Below are positions 52,386 through 62,621 of a stretch of DNA of 64,000 nt, in pieces; position 1 is the stretch's first letter, and every line of letters begins with the position of its first letter. A program made the translations under genes and the position numbers. Source of the stretch: Basidiobolus meristosporus CBS 931.73 (taxonomy: Eukaryota > Fungi > Basidiobolomycota). The notes beneath the pieces were generated by a model. It was not told where the DNA came from and ran no database searches. It was given only the letters and a program-made list of their open reading frames with translations. The DNA is taken from NCBI GenBank assembly GCA_002104905.1, contig MCFE01000059.1, positions 130,856 to 194,855 on the forward strand, given 5' to 3'.

Positions 52386-55331
52386 ATGGCTCCGAAAGAG
52401 GTTGAAGGACTGGTAAACACTTATGAAGATCCTGCTCAATGCCCCGCATTTCAAAACGGCTGTCCTTATGCAGGCCTCTCCGTTGAGCTAGCTAATGTCA
52501 AGGCAACTGAACAATGGTAAGTAAAGCTGACTACACTTTCTATTTACGATGCTTACTAAAAGCACCGTTCCATTCTTTTGTTGATTCACATAGCCCCGCT
52601 TTCAAAGATGGTAAGGAAAATTAGCACCTCACATGAATGTCACACAAATTAACACGAAGTTAGGCTGCCCCTTCACCAACAAAAGTCCTGAAGAGATCAA
52701 AGAATTGTTGGAATCAATCCCTAAATCCCACAAACAGTGCCCTGCTTTTACTTCTGAAGGTATTGATTATGCGACAGCCTTGAGCTAACCTCAATCATTA
52801 ATGCTTTTTAAATATTAATTAGGTCAAGTGAAGCTTAACGTATGCACCGAGGGAAGCTCGTTGTTTGAGGCTTTGAGAGAGTTGAGAACTGATCTCTTCT
52901 TACAAGAAGGTTAGTCATCATGAAGGGCTAGCGGGAATACATTTGTAAGCTTGTTAACACATAAATCTACATTAATAGATGCAGTGATCTTGGCAGAGGA
53001 ATTGAAGAAGGGTACCCACTCTGTCCACAGACTCGCCGAGCGTTCGGCTTTCATCAAGTATGCATGGCCCGAATGCTTATTTTGTCTTGGCCTGGTACTA
53101 ACGCTATAAATAGGCGCTATATGAAAGCCGAGATTGACAGAGAAACCTACAAGAAGTTCTTGGTATCCCTATACTTTGTCTATTCGTAGGTGTTACCATG
53201 CCAGGAGATGAACATAGAGTGTCAATTAACATCATTTAATATAGCGCATTGGAGGAAGCGCTTCAGAATTGCGCCGGAAACCCATGCGTATCATTGGTTC
53301 ATTTCCCAAAGGAATTGGAGAGAAAGGGCTCCTTGATAGCAGGTAATTTCTAATCCTAAATCGTATTGAAAGATAGTATTAATACGGGGATCTCTAGATC
53401 TGAAATATTTTGGTGTTGAGTCATTGCAAGATCTCAAACCATCACCTGCTGTCCAAAAGTATTGTTCCGCCATCAGTGACGCAGCACAGAGCAACCCCGC
53501 TCTATTAATTGCCCACAGCTACACCAGATATCTTGGTGATCTCTCAGGTGGCCAGATCCTATCCAAAAGAATTCAGAAGTCCTTGGCCTTGCCTGGGAAC
53601 GAGGGAACTAAATTCTATAGCTTCGAACATATCAAGGATCATAAAGAGTTCAAAGAACTCTATCGTAGCAGATTGAATCAAGTTCATGCTGATAAGACTT
53701 TGAAAGGTGAGTGAGCCCCACAGAAATACGTGACCACGCTTATGCTGATCCCCTGCAATTTAGATCAAATCGTTCAAGAGGCAATTCGTTCTTTTGAATT
53801 GAACATCAATATGTTTGCTGAATTCGATCATGTGGTGACTAACCCTGTCGTAAATGGTATTCACATTTCTAATGAGCATATCGAGTTAAAATGGGCCCTA
53901 ATTTGTTTCACTATAGATCAGGTTTCTCTTGCGAAGTTGATGCGAGAGGGTACACACAAGGTCCATCGCCTTGCTGAGAGCTCTCCTTTCATCAAGCAAT
54001 ACATGCGTGGCCATGTAACTGCCGAAGTCTACGGCCGGTTTTTGGTTTCACTGTATCATGTTTATCAGGCTTTGGAAGAGGAGCTTACACGACATGCATC
54101 TGTCGAACCGGTTGCATTAATTCATTTCCCCAACGAGTTGAATAGAACTGAGGCACTCATCAAAGATTTGCAATTCTACAACGGCTCTGATTGGGCATCC
54201 AAATTGGATGTCACTCCCGCGACCCGCCGCTATGTTGAAGGGATTCGTGATGCATCTGAGCGTAATCCCGCTCTACTTATCGCTCATAGTTATACTCGTT
54301 ACTTGGGGGATTTGTCAGGTGGTCAAATCCTGGGCAAGAAGACTCAAAAATCCCTTAATTTGCCACTTGATAACACCGGTATCCAATTCTATACATTCAG
54401 TAATATTGAAGACCTGAACGCTTTCAAGAACATGTATCGCGAAAGACTGGATATGGTTGAGTCGGACGAGAGCTTAAGAAATGCCATCATTGCAGAGTGC
54501 ATTCGCTCGTTTGAATACAACATTGGAATATTTTCGGAGTTCGATCATACCGTCAAGGAAGAGTCTGAGGAGGAAAAAGGTCTCGCCACTGCTTTGAAAC
54601 AGGGTACAATGGCTGTTCACAGATTGGCCGAGAACTGTGATTTCATAAAGCGTTACATGAAGGGTGAAGTTGATACGGAATCTTATGGGAAATTCCTTTT
54701 CTCCCTATACCATGTATATAAGACATTGGAAGAAGAACTACGTAAGAACGCGCTCAACGAACACATTTCCTTGATCCATTTCCCTGAGGAGCTTGAAAGA
54801 ACTCCTGCCATCATTCAGGACTTGGAGCATTTCCATGGACCAAACTGGAAAGCAAATAGCATCCCAAGCCCAGCAACTCAGGCCTATATGGATGCTATAA
54901 AAAAGCTTAGTGCTACAGACCCCGTTTTGTTGGTTGCACATAGCTATACGCGCTATCTTGGAGATCTTTCAGGTGGCCAAATACTCCTCAAGAAGATCCA
55001 AAAAAGCCTGAATTTGCCAGATGACGCTGGCACCCGATTCTATAGATTCCCAAGAGTTAACAATATGAACGACTTCAAGAATTTCTACCGAGAGAGATTG
55101 AATGCCATATCCGTAGACCAAAGAACAAAGAATGCTTTGGTTTCTGAGGCTGGCCGGGCATTTGAGTTGAATATTGGAATCTTTTCTGAGCTTGACCAAG
55201 TTCAAGAGTCAAAGAGCAAATCGAGGATGGAATTAGGAAACGTTGTTCTTGTTCTTGCCTGGATTGTCCTTATTATATCGTATCTGTACAAATTTGGTTA
55301 CTTGAGCAATTTGACATCGTCTGCCTTTTAG
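52386..55331 (+). CDS. Heme oxygenase with three tandem catalytic domains, N-terminal Cys-Pro repeats and a C-terminal membrane anchor
   Basis: Three copies each of VHRLAE (proximal His) and AHSYTRYLGDLSGGQ. N-terminus has QCPAFQNGCPY / QCPAFKDGCPF / QCPAF. C-terminal hydrophobic stretch VVLVLAWIVLIISYLY. Confidence 0.9.
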
Positions 55332-57229
55332 AACAACAATAGGCAATTCCAGTCACAACCATTTTGTTTGTAAATGACCCCAGATAACACTTCCTCATGC
55401 AATTAAGAATATCATGTATTTAAACAAGTATAATCTGAAGTCTTTCCGATTATCAAATACCCCAACTCACCAACCCCTCCAATATATTCCGTAGTGATTG
55501 AAGTTTCTAGCCATAAATTCGCGTTTTCTTGAAGATTACCGGCATGCGCCAGAATGTGTTTAGAGATCTTACAAAGTCTTGGATTGAGAAGTAGCTGGAT
55601 CGCCATGACTAAAAAAAGAGAATGTTTCGAGTTCGAAAGTGGAGATAGCTGATTTGTTAAATGACTCGTTGCTTCTTAAGTAGCAACGTCTTCTTTTATT
55701 GATGGCTTATAAAATTGTGCTCAACAACGCCAAACTTCGCAAATACGGAACCAGAGAACTGTTGTTACTCGTTGCGTTATGGATCAAGCATCCTTCAATC
55801 CTTTCTCACCCTTCTGCTCTAGAACCCATGGCGTGTGTGTTGGTTGCTAATCGATAATATATTTACATTATTCAAATACCAACCAAATGTTGAAGTATCG
55901 GATGCTATTAGGTAAGCATAGAGGCCAAAATAGATGGAAGGCATTGCTGATCAATGAAACGTTACGTATGTGATTAGGTAAGCTTGGTAAGTTGAGCAGA
56001 TTTGTCATTTAATGAAGATTGGGTAAGAACGAATGATTAATGAATCATTGATATGAATCATAACAACATCGCAACTCCGTCTTTACTAAATGCGCGATGC
56101 ATGGGGGTACTACTTTGCAGTGCGATGTTTCAAGTCTCTGAGAGTTTCCAACAAGTATTTGTTCCCCTCTCCTGCCTCAAGAACATCCTTTCATCACCTA
56201 ATAACCCCCAGAGATTGCTATAATATTACATTACCAAGTATCATCAATATATTAAACCATGTTTAGGGCATCTGATCTCCCCCTGGGCCAAGGTTATATA
56301 GCCCACGAATTGACAGTAGTTTCAGTTGGGTAGTCGATGTCTTATCGATCAAAAATCATGAACAGTAATAGGACGAATCAGAGGCTATCAATTCAACTAT
56401 ATTGTGAATAGTGCACAGTACGATATTGTACCCCGCAGTGTCTATTGGCCTGACCATTTACTGAATCGAGGGTATGTCTACTGTATGACTTTGATAATGT
56501 CTTTCTAATCCAAACCTCGCATGGACATCAATCTTCAACTCTCTATTGAAATTCCGATGAGCACAGGCATGGATCGAAGGCTGATAAGCTATACAAGTAT
56601 AGTTAGTCAAGCCCCCGCCATACTTGCATTGATTGGGCGTGATTTATAATCACGCATTGTTGATGAGGCTACATGAGCGCAAAGACTAATATATATCACC
56701 GGTTCATTGAACATACCATTACAAAGGTAATGTCTCAAGTAACACATATCGGCAGGGTAATCTCATCCAGAATTGCCACAGTTTCCTTAAGCGGCTACTG
56801 CCTATAGGTACTAGAACAATTATTGGGGCGTTTGAATCAGTCAGGGATTCAAGAAAGAGAGAGAATACTCAGGCATGCCTCAGTTTCGTGGAACGTCGGA
56901 CCAAACTGATCGATATTTCTAGACTTCAAAGCATATACCAAGCAGGTGACATCGAGTCAATAGATGAAAACCATCAGTGACTCCTCACTCATGGCAAGTC
57001 TCCTCTGATGTATAGTTGGTTTGGGCGGTATTGGATTAGTCTCAGGGATATGGCAACTGTTGCACGAGGCTAGTTTGCAATATTTTTTGGTTCCCGATTT
57101 GGTTTTCACTTGTAATAGCTGGATCGAATAAATGTGCCAGTTTTCGCCGCTACAGCTCTGATTTGAGTATCTTTTGTCATATATCATTCTTTAACCTTTC
57201 TCGGATAGACAGATCAAGTCAACAAAGGA

Positions 57230-58915
57230 ATGAAACCGCTAAGGTGTAAGGCGCCGATACCATCGAATGAAGGTGATAGAATACGTGAGTTGGTGAAGTA
57301 CAAAATACTCCAGACAGGTCCGGAGAAAGTGTTTGATGATATTACTGCGCTTGCTGCCCAGATATGCGACACGCCGGCAGCACTAATTAGCTTTCTCGCT
57401 GAGGAGCGCTGCTTTTTTAAATCACGCTTTAACACAGACGGCGAGCCCGCAGAGCGAGACGTAGCGTTTTGCGCTTATGTTGTAGCATCAAATACCACAC
57501 TAATCGTAAAAGACACCACTTGCGACTCGCGATTTGTAGAGAACCCTGGTGTCCAATCTGGCGATGTCAAGTTTTATGCTGGCGCGCCGCTCACGACAGC
57601 CTCTGGCCATGTACTAGGATCGTTATGCGTCATTGATGCAAAGCCGAATGAACTCTGTCCAAAACAGAAAGAAGGGCTTGAAGCCCTTGCTCAACATGTC
57701 ATCCATTGTATGGATTTAAGACTTAAGTCTCTCACACTGGATGAGGTAAATACTGAGATCAAAACCTTTCTCCTTGAGGCCGAAGCAGATAGACAGATTT
57801 CATCGATGAAGTCACAATTCCTGGCAAACATGAGCCACGAGATCCGAACTCCTATTCATGGCATTGTGGGATGCATTGAGCTTTTGCGAGTCTCTTCTCT
57901 TACAGAAGAGCAGCGACAACTTTTGGCGTACATACAAGAAAGTGCTGAAGGCATATCTCGGTTAACAAATGATATCCTGGATCTAGCCAAAATCGAGACG
58001 GAACAGCTTACATTGGAGCGCGTCGCATTCCAGCCAATTAAAGTCCTCAAGTCCATTCGAAAAAGGTTCCAACTTTCGGCCTCTCGGAAAAATCTGAAGC
58101 TCAACTTTACGGTTCCGCCCAATATGACGCAGAAAGTTGTAGGAGATGCAGTCCGTTTCGAAGAAATCATCCGAAACATAGTGGATAATGCCGTGAAGTT
58201 TACTGACCACGGTGCTGTATCTATAACCGTTGAGAATCAGGCAAGCAGCAACAATGAATTGCTATTATTCATTCAAATAGCGGACACAGGCAGCGGGATT
58301 CCTCTTGATAAGATGGAAAAGATCTTTAAACCCTTTGGCCAGGTGGATGAATCTCATAAGCGAAGACACGGTGGATCCGGGTTAAGTTTATCCTTGACTA
58401 AGTTTCTAGTCGAGAAAATGGGAGGCAGCATTGGAGTTAAGAGTAGAGTTGGAAAGGGAACCAACTTTTGGATCGTCATGGGCTTCGAGGTACAGCAAAA
58501 AGTAGTGGAGAAAGGCACGAATTATGAGAATCTGACGGCTCTGATTGTAGAGGACAATGCCATCAATCAGACGGTATTACACAAGCAGATTACAAACTAC
58601 TTTGCTAGCATCAAGTGCGTTGATGATGGTTTACAGGCTGTCGAAGCTTGTAAGCAAAGCAAGTTCTCGGTAATCTTTATGGATTGCCAAATGCCAATAA
58701 TGGATGGTTACGAAGCCACTTCGGAAATTAGAAAGTTCGACCAACAAACTCCAATTATTGCTATATCCGCCAACACAATCAAAACTGACATTGAACGATG
58801 CTTTGAAGTGGGAATGAATGCCTATCTATCAAAACCAGTGAAGCGGATTGATATCATGGAATGTGTCAATACCTGTCTAAGGGATATGAGTGTTGAAATC
58901 GGCATGGAAGCTTAG
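57230..58915 (+). CDS. Hybrid histidine kinase GAF-HisKA-HATPase-REC, intronless
   Basis: GAF PIPSNEGDRI...FYAGAPL...GSLCVID; H box FLANMSHEIRTP; N box DNAVKFT; G1 DTGSGI; G2 GGSGLSL; receiver FMDCQMPIMDG and KP. Confidence 0.95.
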   Translation: MKPLRCKAPIPSNEGDRIRELVKYKILQTGPEKVFDDITALAAQICDTPAALISFLAEERCFFKSRFNTDGEPAERDVAFCAYVVASNTTLIVKDTTCDSRFVENPGVQSGDVKFYAGAPLTTASGHVLGSLCVIDAKPNELCPKQKEGLEALAQHVIHCMDLRLKSLTLDEVNTEIKTFLLEAEADRQISSMKSQFLANMSHEIRTPIHGIVGCIELLRVSSLTEEQRQLLAYIQESAEGISRLTNDILDLAKIETEQLTLERVAFQPIKVLKSIRKRFQLSASRKNLKLNFTVPPNMTQKVVGDAVRFEEIIRNIVDNAVKFTDHGAVSITVENQASSNNELLLFIQIADTGSGIPLDKMEKIFKPFGQVDESHKRRHGGSGLSLSLTKFLVEKMGGSIGVKSRVGKGTNFWIVMGFEVQQKVVEKGTNYENLTALIVEDNAINQTVLHKQITNYFASIKCVDDGLQAVEACKQSKFSVIFMDCQMPIMDGYEATSEIRKFDQQTPIIAISANTIKTDIERCFEVGMNAYLSKPVKRIDIMECVNTCLRDMSVEIGMEA

Positions 58916-59533
58916 CCTTGATATTACCAAATCACACAAATGTTCATGTTTTTGCTATTGTATTGTATATAATCATAATATTTGACTTCTGACCCCTCGA
59001 ACATGTTCTTAATAAATAAGTTTCAAAAAGAACAAAGGTTGGATCTTGCTACAGTATAAGACTACGTATTCATTTAATGATGCATTACGTAAAGTCCATT
59101 AACTTGTAGTTCTTCCAATCGTAGCCAATATGCCCAAAACTCTCATAAAATATTATGGACCCCATGCTATCACTCTCCAAAATGGCTACTGCTGCTAATG
59201 GTAGAACTTTTCTTGCTCCCAAAATAGTCTGAAAACTCTAACAACCAGGGTTGTAAGGTAAAATTTCACATGCCACTTCAGGAAAGAGGCCTTTGGGATA
59301 CTGCTATCAAAGTGAAACACCAGTTGAGGAGGCAGCAAAGGAAACTCCAGAAATTTGCGGGAATTCAAAAAACATTTGTGATGATTGCAAGAACTAGAAG
59401 ATTGTATTCTCTTAACTCTATACTTTTAAGTGCCACAGTAGTACTTTACCAAGACTTATATTTTGAACTGCATACAGCAATAGCATGCAGAGGTGTACTG
59501 TCAACATTAAACACTGTTTTTAATTTTGGCAAG

Positions 59534-59732
59534 GAGGGAGACAGTCACCAACAGGCAAAATCTTTATTTCAGTTAAATCAAAGAAGCCAGCACTACTGTT
59601 GTAGCTGAGGGGAATTGGAAGGTAAGTTAATACGGAGAGATGATAGTTCATTGGTGCTCAAGACACTGTTCAATGGGAAGGGGGGTAGCAAGAGGGGTAG
59701 GAATGATATGTGAGCAACACTGATAAGGGGAA
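59534..59732 (-). mobile_element. Short 3'-terminal fragment of a telomere-associated retroelement
   Basis: Carries the shared terminal motif (cagtcaccaacaggcaaaatctttattt...aaagaagccagcactactgttgtagct) and duplicates parts of 59733-59876. Confidence 0.55.
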
Positions 59733-60830
59733 GGTTAGGGGGGAGTCAGTCACCAACAGGGGAAATCTTTATCTCAGTTGAAACAAAGAAGCCAGCACTA
59801 CTGTTGTAGCTTTGATACAAGAGTGTGTAGCTGAGGGGAATATGTAGGTAAGTTAATAAGGAGAGATGATAGTTGATGTATCCAAGAGAAAAGTGTAATA
59901 ACACTCTTGAATGGTTTAGCTGAACCAAAGGGACAATTAAGTGTACAATCTTAGAATTGTCAAAGAATGACAGAAATAATAGCAGAGAGATTCTGGTCCA
60001 ATATGTAGTAAGAGTTTTGGAGATATTGGAAGTGGTTGGGAGAACAAGTAGATTATGTGGTTTTCACTTAATGATTCATTGAAAGTAAAAGTAGAATTAA
60101 TACTTTTACCTGGTCTTGGCATTACAAACATGTAGAATGGGTTAAGGAAGGTCCCAAGAACATGTGTGCAAAGTTTGGGCTGTTTGGACAACTTTGAGAA
60201 TTTTCATGTTCTGGGTACCTGGTATTTTGGTGAAAATATTCTAAGTAAATCCCAACAAGGAATTTGGTCAGTATTCTCTAGGGTTTGAAGGTAATGATCT
60301 AAGTAACCAAGTTAGGTGAATATTCAGGTGGAATTGCAAATTTTTACAACACAATATTGGTGTTGTATATAGCTGGGTTTGGCTATAAAGGCAACAGAGT
60401 TGGTTTGCTATGCAGGCTAGGCATTGCATTCTTAGGAGTGCTTAGATATGCTAGGCCTGGGTGGAAGCTAGAATGGAAGTGTTGAATGCTTAATTTTGTT
60501 GAGACACACACTAAACCAAAAGGTTCAGTAAGCTTTATTTATACTTCTCTGATCAAGTTGAAATAGTGAGTGCCAAGAAACTGGACTAATTGAAATTAGT
60601 TTGGATGTTGATAGGCACATAAGACAAATGAAAATTGCATCATTAATCAGCTGATGTCCTGGAAACTGCTATGTGGTTGGGTGGATCTCAGATGACTTAT
60701 CACCTGGAAAGGTTTAGCAGATCAGTTGAGGACATAATGACCACATGAAAATTGATAGGTGTGATGGCTAAAAATAGACTCTAAGTAGTGAAAAAATAAG
60801 CCATAACTGGGATTAGGTACATTTGGGTTA
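59733..60830 (-). mobile_element. Decayed, 5'-truncated non-LTR retrotransposon fragment (ORF2 C-terminal remnant)
   Basis: Begins on + with ggttaggg plus the shared terminal motif. The minus strand gives interrupted readings reminiscent of post-RT regions (HYVLN*SAKPFQVISHL; EPFGLVCVSTKL). Ends at a telomere-like junction tttgggttagg near 60822-60832. Confidence 0.45.
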
Positions 60831-60840
60831 GGAAAAAATA

Positions 60841-61111
60841 GTTAGGGTACTAGAATATTTAACAGAATAAAATTGGCTAAATTTTAAATGCTGATCCACA
60901 ACATCACTTCCTCCCAGAAGAGGAGTTTTCTGATACCTTCTGGGTTCCCCTTTAGTTTCAATACTGATCAATGATGGCAACTGTTGTATCCAAGAGAAAG
61001 GTGTAATAAAACTCTTCAATGAGTTAACTGAACCTAAGTGATAACTAAGCACAGAATCTTAGAATTGTCAAGGGTGACAGAAATATTAGCAGAGAAGTTC
61101 TGGTCTAATAT
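60841..61111 (-). mobile_element. Diverged partial copy of the 59878-60003 segment
   Basis: gtatccaagagaaa-gtgtaataa-actctt, aatcttagaattgtcaa and cagaaata-tagcagaga-ttctggtc-aatat occur at both 59878-60003 and about 60986-61111. Starts with gttaggg. Confidence 0.55.
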
Positions 61112-61171
61112 TTAGGGTTAGGGGAAGGAAAGTCACCAAGGTAGGTGAAATCTTTATTTTATTGCAGACAA
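61112..61171 (-). mobile_element. Solo ~60-bp 3' terminus of the element family with a (TTAGGG)2 junction
   Basis: ttagggttaggggaaggaaagtcaccaaggtaggtgaaatctttattttattgcagacaag is almost identical to 62490-62548. Confidence 0.7.
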
Positions 61172-61989
61172 GGGTTAGTGGAGGGAAAGTCACCAAGTTG
61201 GTGAAATCTTTATTTGAGTTAAGAACTAATCTAAGTACAAATAAAGAAGCCAATTAAGAGGTCTAGAACCTCTTTAATAAGTAATCTAATTTATGTTTTG
61301 TTTCATCTCTAATGTTTGTTTCAATAAAGTAAAGCTCATCAGGGGTAAATATAAAATTCAGGGGTTTTGGGGAAGTACAAATTGTAGATGTTTCTGATCA
61401 ATATAATCCAAGACTGGAACCCAGCCTGGGATTAGTTGTAGTAGGAAAGGTGTGTGGACTTGTAAGTAGCACTGCCACATAGATCTTAGATGGTCCTGAG
61501 CCAGTAGTCTTGGTTTCTCAGCTTTTTGAAGTTTTGAAGCAAGCTCTGTTACTACAGCAGAGCCAACCAGGGTGTGCCAGCAAGAAGATTTCAGGGAGGA
61601 GTTAGTTTGAAGCCATTGTTTGATGGAGGGGTTATGTGATATCTGAAGTTTGACCAGGAAGGAAGCACAGAGATAGATCATTCAGATTTGGTATGGGTAG
61701 AACCCAAAGGCTCCATTAGTTGCATGGATATAGGGAGATACTGGAAGATAAGGTACCAAGGATCTGATACACTGATGGAGAAATTTATCCAGGCAGTGAA
61801 GCGCTCTGGAGATTAGGGGTATAATGTGGAGACCAAATTCAAGTACCGGCAGTACATACTGCTTCAGAAGTATAGGGATCTTTTGAATTGGAGTGTCTGG
61901 AGTGACTACTACCAGAAGCTTTTTGAGAGCCTGTTGGGCAAGACGGATCCTATTATTCAGGTGGAGCTTTGAGTCAATCCCATGTTGAC
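61172..61989 (-). mobile_element. 5'-truncated LINE-like element: ORF2 post-RT (thumb/C-terminal) fragment plus 3' UTR
   Basis: The minus frame reads GIDSKLHLNNRIRLAQQALKKLL...KIPILLKQYVLPVLEFGL...LDKFLHQCIRSL...GAFGFYPYQI*MIYLCASFLVKL, with one in-frame TGA at 61682-61684. The catalytic RT core is not in the window. Confidence 0.7.
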
Positions 61990-62490
61990 TTAGGGTTAGG
62001 GGGGGAGGAAAGTCACCAAGTGGTGAAATCTTTATTTACTTATGACAAGTATCTAAAGAAGCCAAGTAAATCTGAAGTAATTCCTAGAAAGCTAGGTCTG
62101 AGAGATATCTTCCTGGTAAGCCAGGTCTGAGTGTTGAGAGGATGAGTGGTACTATATTTCCTAGTTAGCTAGGTCTGAGAGAGGTTTCCTGGAAAGCCAG
62201 GCCTGAGAAGTGAGAATCTGAGTATATCTGAGCTAACTTATACTGGTTTGCGGTAGCTGAATTGTGGCCGGAATGGCCAGTAGACTGGGGGAACTGAGAG
62301 GAATTTCTGGGCAATCACTGGCCAAATTTACTAGGCAAATCTGGCCAATTAGCATTTCAAGGATTTCAGCCAATCAGAGCCTTTACTTTGCCCGATGGTT
62401 GATTAAGCCATCTCCCAATGAGCACACATCAATTTATTAATTAAATTTTGCTGGATCTAGGATTTGAACCCACAACCATGGGTATGGAAG
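61990..62490 (-). mobile_element. SINE-like unit: tRNA-derived head, internal duplication, LINE-shared 3' tail ending in CCCTAACCCTAA
   Basis: Minus strand 62490-62449 maps onto tRNA positions 32-73 (CTTCCAT ACCCA TGGTT GTGGG TTCAAAT CCTAG ATCCAGC A). Non-coding body. Same terminal stem-loop as the neighbouring units. Confidence 0.6.
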
Positions 62491-62621
62491 GGTTAGGGGA
62501 GGGAAAGTCACCAAGGTAGGTGAAATCTTTATTTGATTGCAGACAAGTCTAACTACAAATAAAGAAGCCAGCTGGGAATAGAAGATTCCCAAAGTAAACA
62601 CTAAGTTGAATATGAATAAAT

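Noticed and set aside
57230-57720. Phytochrome interpretation of the GAF kinase
   Set aside because: No PAS or PHY domain, no DIP motif, and no canonical bilin-attachment context.
61290-61345. CTGATGA...GAAA on the minus strand as a Penelope-type hammerhead ribozyme
   Set aside because: Stems I-III cannot be paired and no cleavage triplet falls in register. The nearby protein fragment also looks LINE-like rather than Penelope-like.
62449-62490. Functional tRNA-Gly gene
   Set aside because: Only the 3' half is present; the D-arm/A-box and 5' acceptor strand are absent, and the T-stem is mismatched.
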